From Ignavibacteria bacterium (GTDB lineage: Bacteria; Bacteroidota; Ignavibacteria; Tepidaquicellales; Tepidaquicellaceae): 24,000 bases of DNA. Position numbers and translations under genes: made by a program. The number at the start of each line of letters is the position of its first letter. The first letter of the stretch is position 1. Below, piece by piece: positions 7,959 through 17,082 of the stretch. The notes beneath the pieces were generated by a model. That model was given only the letters and a program-made list of their open reading frames with translations, did no database searches and was not told the DNA's origin. The stretch covers positions 254,732 to 278,731 of the forward strand of contig JBGAGG010000004.1 of assembly GCA_044226845.1 (NCBI GenBank), given 5' to 3'.

Positions 7959-8267
7959 TTATACTTTGATCTCGATATCTACACCGCCGGGAGGATCAAG
8001 TTTTGTAAGAGCGTCGATTGTTTTATTTGAAGAATTCAAAATATCAATCAGTCTCTTATGCGAGCGTGTTTCAAATTGCTCTCTTGATTTTTTATCCACG
8101 TGTGGTGAACGGTTGACAGTATAAGTGTTTTTCTTGGTTGGAAGTGGAATTGGTCCGCTTACAACTGCGCCTGTTGATTTAATCGTTTTGATTATTCTTT
8201 CTGTCCATTTATCTAATAAATTATGATCGTAAGATCTTAACTTTATTCTGATTTTTTGAGCTGCCAA
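7959..8267 (-). CDS. rpsJ: 30S ribosomal protein S10 (TTG start)
   Basis: 102-aa ORF containing [19 protein letters not shown]...GPIPLPT...[17 protein letters not shown]. Confidence 0.95.
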   Translation of the reverse strand: MAAQKIRIKLRSYDHNLLDKWTERIIKTIKSTGAVVSGPIPLPTKKNTYTVNRSPHVDKKSREQFETRSHKRLIDILNSSNKTIDALTKLDPPGGVDIEIKV

Positions 8268-8289
8268 TTTAATTGATTTAAATTTTACA

Positions 8290-8320
8290 AAATAAAACCG
8301 CAGACTTAAAGTCTGCGGCT
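8290..8320 (-). terminator. Hairpin plus U-run between tuf and rpsJ (tuf terminator and/or S10-operon leader attenuator)
   Basis: ccgcagact (8298-8306), loop taa, agtctgcgg (8310-8318). On the minus strand the hairpin is followed by ttttattttg. Confidence 0.65.
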
Positions 8321-8345
8321 GATTTTATCTGATTACTGTGTAATT

Positions 8346-9578
8346 TTATTCGAGAATTTTTGTAACAACACCAGCACCTACTGTACGTCCGCCTTCTCTG
8401 ATAGCGAACTTCAATCCGTCTTCCATAGCGATTGGTGAAATTAACTCAATTGTTAATTTATCCATGTTATCGCCGGGCATAACCATCTGTACATTTTCAG
8501 GTAAGTGAACTACACCTGTTACGTCAGTTGTTCTGAAATAGAACTGAGGTCTGTAGTTTGTTGAGAAAGGAGTGTGTCTTCCACCTTCTTCTTTCGACAA
8601 TACGTAAACCTGAGCTTCGAATTTTTTATGAGGAGTAATAGATCCTGTTTTAGCAAGAACCATTCCTCTTTCGATTTCATTCTTATCTACACCTCTTAAT
8701 AAAAGTCCGCAATTGAAACCTGCTGTAGCAACGTCCAATTCTTTATTGAACATTTCTGCGCCTGTTACAACTGTTTTTTTCTTTGCACCAAGACCGATAA
8801 GTTCAACTTCTTCACCAACTTTTACTTTACCTCTTTCAATTCTACCTGTTGCTACTGTACCTCTACCTGTGATAGAGAATACGTCTTCAACCGGCATCAA
8901 GAATTCTTTATCAACGTCTCTTTGCGGCTCGGGAATGTAGCTGTCAACAGCGTCCATTAAATCGAAGATAGGTTTGTATCTTTCGTCATCTAATGGTGCA
9001 TCTGATACACCGGCTTCCATAGCTTTTAAAGCGGAACCTCTGATGATTGGAACATCGTCACCAGGATATCCGTTTGCTGTCATGATGTCTCTTAATTCTG
9101 ATTCAACAACTTCTAATAATAATTCAGCGTCTTCTTCTGTTTTTTCTTGTTCTCTGATTATATCAACTTTATTTAAGAATACAACAAGTGCAGGTACACC
9201 TACTTGTCTTGCAAGTAAGATATGCTCTCTTGTTTGCGGCATAGCACCGTCAGTTGCAGCAACTACTAATATAGCGCCGTCCATCTGAGCAGCACCTGTG
9301 ATCATGTTCTTAATATAGTCAGCGTGACCCGGACAGTCTACGTGTGCATAGTGTCTTTTTTCTGTTTGATATTCTACGTGAGCTGTTGCAATCGTAATCC
9401 CTCTTGCTTTTTCTTCCGGAGCTTTATCAATTTCGTCAAATTTCTTAATTTTGCCGCCGAATTTCTTCGAAAGCGTCATTGTTATTGCAGCGGTCAATGT
9501 GGTCTTACCGTGGTCAACGTGACCGATTGTACCTATATTGACGTGCGGCTTGGATATATCAAATTTCTCTTTAGCCAT
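8346..9578 (-). CDS. tuf: Translation elongation factor Tu (410 aa, with two short lineage-specific insertions)
   Basis: Contains [18 protein letters not shown] and NKVD motifs, and is near-collinear with E. coli EF-Tu from memory. A Shine-Dalgarno-like aaaggag sits about 10 nt upstream of the ATG. Confidence 0.97.
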   Translation of the reverse strand: MAKEKFDISKPHVNIGTIGHVDHGKTTLTAAITMTLSKKFGGKIKKFDEIDKAPEEKARGITIATAHVEYQTEKRHYAHVDCPGHADYIKNMITGAAQMDGAILVVAATDGAMPQTREHILLARQVGVPALVVFLNKVDIIREQEKTEEDAELLLEVVESELRDIMTANGYPGDDVPIIRGSALKAMEAGVSDAPLDDERYKPIFDLMDAVDSYIPEPQRDVDKEFLMPVEDVFSITGRGTVATGRIERGKVKVGEEVELIGLGAKKKTVVTGAEMFNKELDVATAGFNCGLLLRGVDKNEIERGMVLAKTGSITPHKKFEAQVYVLSKEEGGRHTPFSTNYRPQFYFRTTDVTGVVHLPENVQMVMPGDNMDKLTIELISPIAMEDGLKFAIREGGRTVGAGVVTKILE

Positions 9579-9716
9579 TTTATAATTTCTCCTTTAATGA
9601 GATTTTTTGTTTTAATAAATAATTTTATGTGTCCAATAGGAATACTTTCATATTCCGGAAGATTCTTTTTTTATTCTGGTAAAAGTGTTTACACACTCTC
9701 CCGGTCTTAAAAAACG

Positions 9717-9790
9717 TGGGTCAGGGAGGAATTGAACCTCCCACCTCGTGCTTATAAGGCACGCGCTCTAACCATCTGAGCTACTGACCC
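9717..9790 (-). tRNA. tRNA-Ile, anticodon UAU (no encoded CCA)
   Basis: Minus-strand sequence: GGGTCAG TA GCTC AGATGGTTA GAGC G CGTGC CTTATAA GCACG AGGTG GGAGG TTCAATT CCTCC CTGACCC A. The cloverleaf is perfect, and the 7-nt anticodon loop C-U-UAU-A-A gives anticodon UAU. The body resembles bacterial tRNA-Ile. Confidence 0.85.
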
Positions 9791-9999
9791 AGACCGGGAA
9801 TTTCATATCCGGAAAACTTTTTTCTGATATGAAATTTTATAGAACGTTTTATCGTGTCTAATTGACGAGTTCTATTCTGATTTTACTCAGAACTGACCCT
9901 GAAACTTATTTTAAAGAACTATCTTGATTTCAGATTTCCGATTTCAGAATTCTGATTTTTTATCAAATTTGAATTCTGTACTCAGCATTCTGAATTCTA

Positions 10000-12093
10000 T
10001 CAGGCTACTGCTTCTTTGCCTTTAACTTTTTCAATTATCTGTTCAGATACTGATTTTGGAGCTTCATCATAATGTGCAAACTGCATTGAGTAAATCGCGC
10101 GGCCTTGTGTCATACTTCTTAATGTTGTCGCATAACCGAACATTTCAGAAAGCGGCACTGTAGCTTTGATAACCTGTGCATCATTTCTTTGTGACATACC
10201 TTCAATCTTACCTCTTCTTGAGCTTAAGTCACCCATTACGTCACCCATGTAATCATCCGGAGTTACAACTTCAACATCCATGATTGGTTCAAGTAAAACA
10301 GGTTTTGCTTTTCTTGCGCCTTCTTTGAATGCCATGGAACCGGCAATCTTGAACGCCATTTCCGATGAGTCAACATCGTGGAATGAACCGTCAAATAATC
10401 TGATCTTGATATCCTCAACAGGGTAACCTGCAAGAACACCGTTCTTCATTGCTTCAATAATACCTTCAGATACCGGCTTGATAAATTCTTTCGGAATTGT
10501 ACCGCCAACGATTGCGTTTTCGAATACATATCCTTTACCTTTTTCATTTGGCTCGATGTCAATCCATACGTGACCGAACTGACCTTTACCGCCTGATTGT
10601 CTGACGAATTTACCTTCCTGTGTAACTTTCTTCTTAATTGTTTCTTTGTAAGCAACCTGTGGTTTACCTACATTAGCTTCAACTTTGAATTCTCTTTTTA
10701 ATCTGTCAACAATAATTTCCAAGTGTAACTCACCCATACCTGCGATAATTGTCTGACCTGTTTCTTCGTTAGAAGATACTCTGAATGTCGGATCTTCATC
10801 AGAAAGCTTTCCTAATGATTCACCAAGTTTATCCTGGTCAGCCTTTGTTTTCGGCTCGATAGCAATAGAGATAACAGGCTCAGGAAATGTGATTTTTTCA
10901 AGTATGATTGGATCTGATTCATCTGATAATGTATCACCTGTTTTTGTATATTTCAAACCTACTGCTGCTGCAATATCACCTGCATATACTTCTTTTATAT
11001 CTTCTCTGCTGTTTGCATGCATCTGAAGAATTCTTGAAAGTCTTTCTTTTTTGCCTGCGTTTGAATTATATAAGTAGCTTCCTGCTTCTGCTTTACCTGA
11101 GTAAACTCTGAAGAAGGTTAACTTACCTACATAAGGGTCAGTCATAATTTTGAAAGCCAATGCTGAGAATTTTTCATCATCGCTTACTTTTCTTGTAACA
11201 TGGTCATCTGTATATAAATGATGTCCTTCGATATCACCGACATCTAACGGTGAAGGAAGAAGTTCAACAACTTTATCTAATAAATTTTGTACACCTTTGT
11301 TTTTGAATGAAGAACCGCAGATAACAGGAACGATCTTAATATCGATTGTAGCTGTTCTCAAAGCTGCTAAAATTTCAGCTTCTGTTATAGGCTCCTGATT
11401 TAAATATTTTTCAATAAGCTTATCATCTACATCTGCAACTGCTTCTAATAATGCCGCTCTTGCTTCTTCTGCGCCTGCTCTTAAAGCATCAGGAATTTCA
11501 GTATCTTTAAAAGTAAGACCCATTGTTTCCATATCGAAAACTCTGGCTTTCATTGTAATCAAATCAATAATACCGTTGAACATATCACCTTCTCCCATAG
11601 GAAGAGTGATAGGCACAGCGTTAGCTTTTAATCTGTCTTTCATCATAGCGATAGCGTTGGCAAAGTTAGCACCTGTTCTATCCATCTTATTAACGAATGC
11701 AATTCTTGGGACTTTATACTTATCCATTTGTCTCCAAACGGTTTCTGACTGCGGTTCTACACCGCCTACAGAACAGAATAAAGCAACAGCGCCGTCAAGA
11801 ACTCTTAACGAACGCTCTACCTCGGCTGTGAAATCCACGTGGCCGGGTGTATCTATTATATTAATTCTGTGATTATTCCATGAACATGTAGTGGCAGCTG
11901 AGGTAATTGTAATACCTCTTTCTTTTTCCTGTTCCATCCAGTCCATCGTTGCAGCACCTTCGTGCACTTCACCAATTCTGTGAGAACGACCTGTATAATA
12001 AAGTATTCTTTCAGTTGTTGTTGTTTTACCGGCGTCAATGTGAGCACTGATTCCGATATTTCTTGTCTTTTCTAATGAGACTTGTCTTGGCAT
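10000..12093 (-). CDS. fusA: Translation elongation factor G
   Basis: 697-aa ORF containing [32 protein letters not shown] and NKMDR. Confidence 0.97.
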   Translation of the reverse strand: MPRQVSLEKTRNIGISAHIDAGKTTTTERILYYTGRSHRIGEVHEGAATMDWMEQEKERGITITSAATTCSWNNHRINIIDTPGHVDFTAEVERSLRVLDGAVALFCSVGGVEPQSETVWRQMDKYKVPRIAFVNKMDRTGANFANAIAMMKDRLKANAVPITLPMGEGDMFNGIIDLITMKARVFDMETMGLTFKDTEIPDALRAGAEEARAALLEAVADVDDKLIEKYLNQEPITEAEILAALRTATIDIKIVPVICGSSFKNKGVQNLLDKVVELLPSPLDVGDIEGHHLYTDDHVTRKVSDDEKFSALAFKIMTDPYVGKLTFFRVYSGKAEAGSYLYNSNAGKKERLSRILQMHANSREDIKEVYAGDIAAAVGLKYTKTGDTLSDESDPIILEKITFPEPVISIAIEPKTKADQDKLGESLGKLSDEDPTFRVSSNEETGQTIIAGMGELHLEIIVDRLKREFKVEANVGKPQVAYKETIKKKVTQEGKFVRQSGGKGQFGHVWIDIEPNEKGKGYVFENAIVGGTIPKEFIKPVSEGIIEAMKNGVLAGYPVEDIKIRLFDGSFHDVDSSEMAFKIAGSMAFKEGARKAKPVLLEPIMDVEVVTPDDYMGDVMGDLSSRRGKIEGMSQRNDAQVIKATVPLSEMFGYATTLRSMTQGRAIYSMQFAHYDEAPKSVSEQIIEKVKGKEAVA

Positions 12094-12212
12094 TTTTGCA
12101 GTTACTGTTTTTAAATTTTAACGAATATTACAACACTTATATCTTCATTACATCTTCTTATAAGTAAAAGTGAAATCCTGATATTGTTTTATAACAAGGG
12201 AGAATATCTTAC

Positions 12213-12680
12213 TTACCACTTGAAGTGGGCGAAAGCTTTATTAGCTTCAGCCATTTTATGAACATCTTCTTTCTTCTTTACTGAACTACCTTCACCTACT
12301 GATGCTGCCATTAATTCATTGGCAAGTTTAAGAGGCATTGATTTTTCGTTTCTTCCTCTTGTGTAGGTTAAAAGCCATTTAATAGCAAGAGCAACTCTTC
12401 TGTCAGGTCTTACTTCTGTGGGGACCTGGTAGTTAGCGCCGCCGACTCTTCTTGAACGTACTTCAATAGAAGGCTGAGTGTTATTGATAGCTTTTCTGAA
12501 AACATCTACAGGCTCGCCTTTTGTTTTTTCCGCAATAATATCAAATGCTTTGTACATAATTTTCTGAGCAACTTGTTTCTTGCCGTCTTCCATCAATGCG
12601 TTGATGAATCTTCCGATTAAAATATCGTTGTATTTTAAATCCGGGATTCTGAGTCTTTTCTCAGCTCTTTTTCTTCTCAT
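12213..12680 (-). CDS. rpsG: 30S ribosomal protein S7
   Basis: 155-aa ORF containing MRRKRAEKR...GKK..A..I...A...VEVRSRRVGGANYQVP...FAHFKW-type sequence. Confidence 0.95.
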   Translation of the reverse strand: MRRKRAEKRLRIPDLKYNDILIGRFINALMEDGKKQVAQKIMYKAFDIIAEKTKGEPVDVFRKAINNTQPSIEVRSRRVGGANYQVPTEVRPDRRVALAIKWLLTYTRGRNEKSMPLKLANELMAASVGEGSSVKKKEDVHKMAEANKAFAHFKW

Positions 12681-12732
12681 TATTTATTGAGTATATTAAA
12701 AATTTAAGTTTAAATTATTTAGCGCCTATAAA

Positions 12733-13116
12733 TTATTTAGCACCTTCTTTGGCTTTTTTAGCGCCGTATTTAGAGCGTGCTTTTTTTCTATTGGCTACAC
12801 CTGCTGTATCTAACGCGCCTCTGATAATATGATATCTTACGCCCGGAAGATCTTTTACTCTGCCGCCTCTGATGAGAACGATTGAGTGTTCCTGCAGGTT
12901 ATGACCTTCACCCGGAATATAAGCCGTTACTTCAATTCCGTTTGTAAGTCTTACTCTCGCTACTTTTCTAAGTGCGGAGTTTGGTTTCTTTGGTGTAGAG
13001 GTATATACTCTTGTACATACACCGCGTTTTTGAGGACAAGAATCCATCGCCGGAGCTTTTGATTTCACCGTGATTTTGTTTCTTCCTTTACGTATTAATT
13101 GATTAATTGTAGGCAC
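12733..13116 (-). CDS. rpsL: 30S ribosomal protein S12 (GTG start)
   Basis: 127-aa ORF containing [11 protein letters not shown]...[34 protein letters not shown]...[10 protein letters not shown]. Confidence 0.96.
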   Translation of the reverse strand: MPTINQLIRKGRNKITVKSKAPAMDSCPQKRGVCTRVYTSTPKKPNSALRKVARVRLTNGIEVTAYIPGEGHNLQEHSIVLIRGGRVKDLPGVRYHIIRGALDTAGVANRKKARSKYGAKKAKEGAK

Positions 13117-13608
13117 TTTATGCTAAAAACCTTTCTTACAAAATTTTCAAAAATTGGGAAAACTCTAAGATACATAGAATAGAGACTATAGTCAATAAAC
13201 TAAAGAATGCACTTGTTTGAGCAATTATATATGGAGCGGTCCAGGCCGGACATCCTGATAATTTCACTTTCCAGACAATAAAGCGGACTAGGCCGGTTCA
13301 TTACCCACGTACTACGGAAAGCTTATTTCACTGTAATCAACAAATATAACAATTCTGTAATTCAAATGAAAGACAGTTGTTTTGCTCGTTGGTCTGTCAG
13401 TTGTTCGTTGCTCGTTCTCTTAGCTATTTTACCTGCCTATGGGCAAGTAAGTAATGATTATTTAATATATAAACTAATTTAACATATTGACATTATGCTC
13501 TATAGTTTATAAATTAGAAATAAAATGTATCTTTCTAATCCTTATTTACTTACCCTCAATTTATTTGTTCTTTTGATTCACGCTTTTTAAAAATTAAATT
13601 AAACCCCA

Positions 13609-15324
13609 ATGGCAAAAAAACCACTCGGACAATGGAACTCTTTAGTTCAATTAGTCCAATCTAGAACCACAGATGAACACTCGTATGCTTTTAAAGATGT
13701 TGATACCGTTCAGAATGCAATTCATGCGTCTTTACTTTATCATTCAGATTATACTGGTGATTTGAAATGGAGAGTATTATTTTTTAGGGCAGATACCAGA
13801 ACTACACCTTTTGTACTATCAAGAATTTGGAATCCAAATTTTGAAGATCCGCATATAGTCGGTAATGTTGCAAGAATCACGCAACAAGATATTCCATTTT
13901 GGGGTAATCCCTCATTATTTCCTGAACCATATCTGTTTTGCTCAGGACATACTTTTTTAGGAAATGGCAAGTTATTAGTAGTTGGGGGACATCTTTTGCC
14001 AAATTCTAACAGTGAGCCTTTTGCTAGAGGTACAAAATTTTCATTCATATACGATACAAGCCGTGGCTGGAAAGTTGCAACAGCAGGAGACCCTAATCCT
14101 CTAGATCCCGGTCAGCTTATGGAGGATGGTAGGTGGTATCCAACTGTAACTTTATTACCTGACGGCAAAGTTTTAGCAATGTCTGGATACAAATCAGAAT
14201 TTGGTATAATTCCTGAAACAAACAGCAGTCTAAGATTAGAGATTAATGACGTACCTGAAATATACGATCCGGAAACAAGACTTTGGACGTCCTTAGGAAG
14301 CGGCTCTAGAATGCCTGATGATTTTACTGAAGTATTAATAGATGAAAATGAACCTCAATATCCGGGCATTACTTATCCGCATTGCCATGTTATTCCTTTT
14401 GGAGAATTAGCAGGTCAAGTACTCTATACCTCTCCTCAAAAGCAGGCTTGGGTATTTAATCCTTATCCTGAAGGATTTAGTGAATTTTGGAATACCTTTG
14501 GGGATGTAAGAGAGGGCGAAATAAATGAGGGTGGTTGTACAATATTGATGCATCTGCGATATAACAGCGAAGATGCGGTTATCGTAACACTGGGAGGAGG
14601 TCACCATGAGGCTACAGATGAAGCTTATTCAATTAATTTGAACGATTCTTCACCTGAATGGAATACTCTTGACGTAATGAGTTCACCAAGGTCTCATGCT
14701 AACGCTGTCTTACTTCCGGACGGTACCTTGTTGGTTATTGGAGGAAACAAATCAGGAACGCATTTCGAGCCGGTATATCATGCTGAAATTTATAACCCAA
14801 ATCCTGGAGCAGGTGAGGATACCTGGACAGTTCTGCCTGAAATGCTATCCCCAAGAAATTATCATTCCACAGCAATTTTACTTCCTGATGGAAGAGTTTG
14901 GGTTGGTGGAGGTGATTTTAAGTTTGATGAAAGCCAACAATTTGAACATAACATGAATAACATGGAAATTTTTAGCCCGGGATATTTATTCGATGGAGAT
15001 AGACCAATAATTAGTTCTTGTCCTTCAAGTATATCATACACTGGTTTCTATACCTTAATAACAGACAAACCAATTGATAATGTAGTTCTGATAAAGACAG
15101 GTTCAACTACCCATGCATTTGATATGAGTCAGAGGGCAATGTTTTTAGAGATAGAACTTATATCAGAAGGTGAAGATATATATGAATATAAATTCTATCC
15201 TCCTGGTGATACAAATATCATGCAGCAAGGTATTTATATGTTATTCGCTAACAGACCAAAAGATGCGAGCAATTCTGGATTATCCTATATACCGTCAGTT
15301 GCTTCTTTTGTTTTGCTTAATTAA
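13609..15324 (+). CDS. Radical copper oxidase (galactose oxidase / glyoxal oxidase-like): kelch propeller plus C-terminal DUF1929-type domain; no signal peptide
   Basis: 571-aa ORF. All galactose-oxidase active-site positions can be aligned by eye:
- LFCSGHTFLGNGKLLVVGG, with C111 as the thioether Cys.
- GRWYPTVTLLPDGKV, the cross-linked Tyr.
- RNYHSTAILLPDGRVWVGGG, the axial Tyr and a His ligand.
- GSTTHAFDMSQR, the second His ligand.
- GIYMLFAN...IPSVASFV, the C-terminal domain.
An in-frame TAA at 13600-13602 prevents any N-terminal extension. Confidence 0.8.
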   Translation: MAKKPLGQWNSLVQLVQSRTTDEHSYAFKDVDTVQNAIHASLLYHSDYTGDLKWRVLFFRADTRTTPFVLSRIWNPNFEDPHIVGNVARITQQDIPFWGNPSLFPEPYLFCSGHTFLGNGKLLVVGGHLLPNSNSEPFARGTKFSFIYDTSRGWKVATAGDPNPLDPGQLMEDGRWYPTVTLLPDGKVLAMSGYKSEFGIIPETNSSLRLEINDVPEIYDPETRLWTSLGSGSRMPDDFTEVLIDENEPQYPGITYPHCHVIPFGELAGQVLYTSPQKQAWVFNPYPEGFSEFWNTFGDVREGEINEGGCTILMHLRYNSEDAVIVTLGGGHHEATDEAYSINLNDSSPEWNTLDVMSSPRSHANAVLLPDGTLLVIGGNKSGTHFEPVYHAEIYNPNPGAGEDTWTVLPEMLSPRNYHSTAILLPDGRVWVGGGDFKFDESQQFEHNMNNMEIFSPGYLFDGDRPIISSCPSSISYTGFYTLITDKPIDNVVLIKTGSTTHAFDMSQRAMFLEIELISEGEDIYEYKFYPPGDTNIMQQGIYMLFANRPKDASNSGLSYIPSVASFVLLN

Positions 15325-15395
15325 GTTTAAATAGAAACTTTTTAATAACGCCTCACATTATAATGTTACAATGTAAGGTTAATATTTCTATAAAT

Positions 15396-16640
15396 ATGAA
15401 AAAATTTATTGTGATTTTTTTATTGATGTTTTGTTCTAATCTATTTTCCCAATGGATAAATCAAAAATACCCCGCAGGTTCGCAGTACATTTATTTTAGC
15501 TCTTACTTTTTTAATGGCAGCACAGGTTTCATCGTAGGTTCCGGTCTCTCCATATTAAAAACCACTAATGGGGGGAGTAATTGGGATTTAAGATTTTTAA
15601 ATGGATATGACTTCAGAGGGATTGATTTCATAAGTAACTCCACAGGGATTGCTGCGGGATTTTATACAACTGGTCTATATAGTAGAACAACAGATGGGGG
15701 AGCAAACTGGACTAAATATTATAATCCCGGAGGAAATTTTCTTTACAAAATAAAGTATGCATCAGGAGATACTTTATACGGTTGCGGTTACACTGGATAT
15801 ATAATGAAATCTACAAACGGCGGCTTAGAATTCTTTCAACAAATTTCAAATACTACGGAAATACTATCTGCAATGCATGTTGTTAACAACAATATTGTTT
15901 ACGCAGGCGGAGCAAACGGTAAACTTGTTAAAACCACAAATGGAGGAACAAATTGGTTTTCACTACAATCAAATATGGATTATGATATTATTGATATGCA
16001 GTTTTTAAATGCCAATATGGGATATTTTGCGGCATATGGCAGCAGTGGAGGTATATTTAGAACGGTTAATGGCGGCTTAAATTGGACGCGTCTTCCTATT
16101 ACACCCGGAATACAAATGACGGCAGTATATTATGTAAACTCGAGCGTTGGTTATGCAGTTGGTGTTTTTCAGGCCGGTAAATTCTCATATCACAAAGCAA
16201 TTAAAACTACTGACGGCGGACTTGACTGGCAGGAACTGCCTACCGGAAATTTTTTATGGATGCGTTCCGTTTATTTCGTGAATGAATATACAGGTTGGAT
16301 AACAGGTGACGGAAATCAGATTTTAAAAACAACATCCGGGGGTTTAACTTTCATAAATGAAAATGGTGAAACAATTTCTGATTTTAATTTAGAGCAAAAC
16401 TACCCAAACCCTTTTAATCCATCTACAATTATCAATTATCAGTTAACAATTAACAGCTTCGTAATTTTAAATGTTTATGATGTGAACGGAAAATTACTAA
16501 AAGAACTTGTAAATGAAAAACAAAGTGCGGGAAACTATTCAGTCGATTTTGACGGAAGCGGACTGCCCTCCGGCACATACATTTACCGCCTGCAAGCAGG
16601 CGATTTTTCAGAGACAAAAAAAATGGTGCTGCTGAAGTAG
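15396..16640 (+). CDS. BNR/Asp-box repeat beta-propeller (Ycf48-like) with a T9SS C-terminal sorting domain
   Basis: The ORF is open from 15363, but the Met at 15396 begins the signal peptide MKKFIVIFLLMFCSNLFSQ. There are seven Asp-box-like repeats (TTNGGSNW, TTDGGANW, STNGGLEF, TTNGGTNW, TVNGGLNW, TTDGGLDW, TTSGGLTF). The C-terminus LEQNYPNPFNPSTIINYQL...GTYIYRLQAGDFSETKKMVLLK is a Por_Secre_tail type A domain. Confidence 0.8.
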   Translation: MKKFIVIFLLMFCSNLFSQWINQKYPAGSQYIYFSSYFFNGSTGFIVGSGLSILKTTNGGSNWDLRFLNGYDFRGIDFISNSTGIAAGFYTTGLYSRTTDGGANWTKYYNPGGNFLYKIKYASGDTLYGCGYTGYIMKSTNGGLEFFQQISNTTEILSAMHVVNNNIVYAGGANGKLVKTTNGGTNWFSLQSNMDYDIIDMQFLNANMGYFAAYGSSGGIFRTVNGGLNWTRLPITPGIQMTAVYYVNSSVGYAVGVFQAGKFSYHKAIKTTDGGLDWQELPTGNFLWMRSVYFVNEYTGWITGDGNQILKTTSGGLTFINENGETISDFNLEQNYPNPFNPSTIINYQLTINSFVILNVYDVNGKLLKELVNEKQSAGNYSVDFDGSGLPSGTYIYRLQAGDFSETKKMVLLK

Positions 16641-16759
16641 TTGATAGTTGTCAGTTTTGCGGTTATTTGTCAAGTAAAAATTCCTCCCTATACCTACTAA
16701 TAGGGAAGAATAAATTGCCCGCAAGTTTTATTATTATTATTTTGTAGAAGTACAATCCG

Positions 16760-16796
16760 GACCTGACAGGTTTTTAATCCTGTCAGGTCTTTTGCA
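16760..16796 (+). terminator. Rho-independent terminator
   Basis: gacctgacagg (16760-16770), loop tttttaat, cctgtcaggtc (16779-16789), followed by ttttgcatttt. Confidence 0.7.
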
Positions 16797-16998
16797 TTTT
16801 AGAAAAAATATCCCGCTAAAGACGGGACTGCGCTACGCTCAGAATGTTACAATAATGCTACTTTGAAATGAACTCCCCCTCCTTACTAAGGAGGGGGCTT
16901 GGGGTGGTTATCAAAGCAGAAAAAAATGTGACAATAATATGACTATAATCGATAGCCCTCATTTTATGCAGGATGACAATCAGAGATTATTTTGCAGA

Positions 16999-17082
16999 AA
17001 TCCGTCAAAAATCCGTCAAGATTAAGTAATTTTTATGAAGTGAAAATGAAAAGTGTGATTTTAAGTCAAAAATAAAGAATGC
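16999..17082 (+). repeat. Copy 1 of an approximately 84-bp direct repeat (R family)
   Basis: aatccgtcaaaaatccgtcaag...gaaaagtgtgattttaagtcaaaaataaagaatgc is about 80% identical by eye to 17284-17366. Confidence 0.8.

Noticed and set aside
6932-9710. Plus-strand ORFs 6932-7156, 7534-7737, 8713-8940, 8974-9288 and 9324-9710
   Set aside because: They are antisense shadows of rplD, rplC and tuf. Their Ser/Thr/Pro-rich translations carry no motifs, and the sense genes are unambiguous.
9799-9835. Inverted repeat aatttcatat...atatgaaatt next to the tRNA 5' end, considered as a fusA terminator
   Set aside because: The loop is 17 nt, and on the minus strand (the fusA sense strand) the stem is followed by cccggtct rather than a U-run. 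The T-run is present only on the plus strand, where there is no upstream gene to terminate.
10446-12047. Small ORFs 10446-10655(-), 10908-11111(+), 11576-11872(+) and 11856-12047(-) within fusA
   Set aside because: They are alternative frames of a 697-aa EF-G gene with canonical GTPase motifs, and nothing supports them independently.
13749-14956. ORFs 13749-14048(-), 14407-14607(-) and 14696-14956(+) within the copper oxidase gene
   Set aside because: They are overlapping frames of a well-supported 571-aa ORF.
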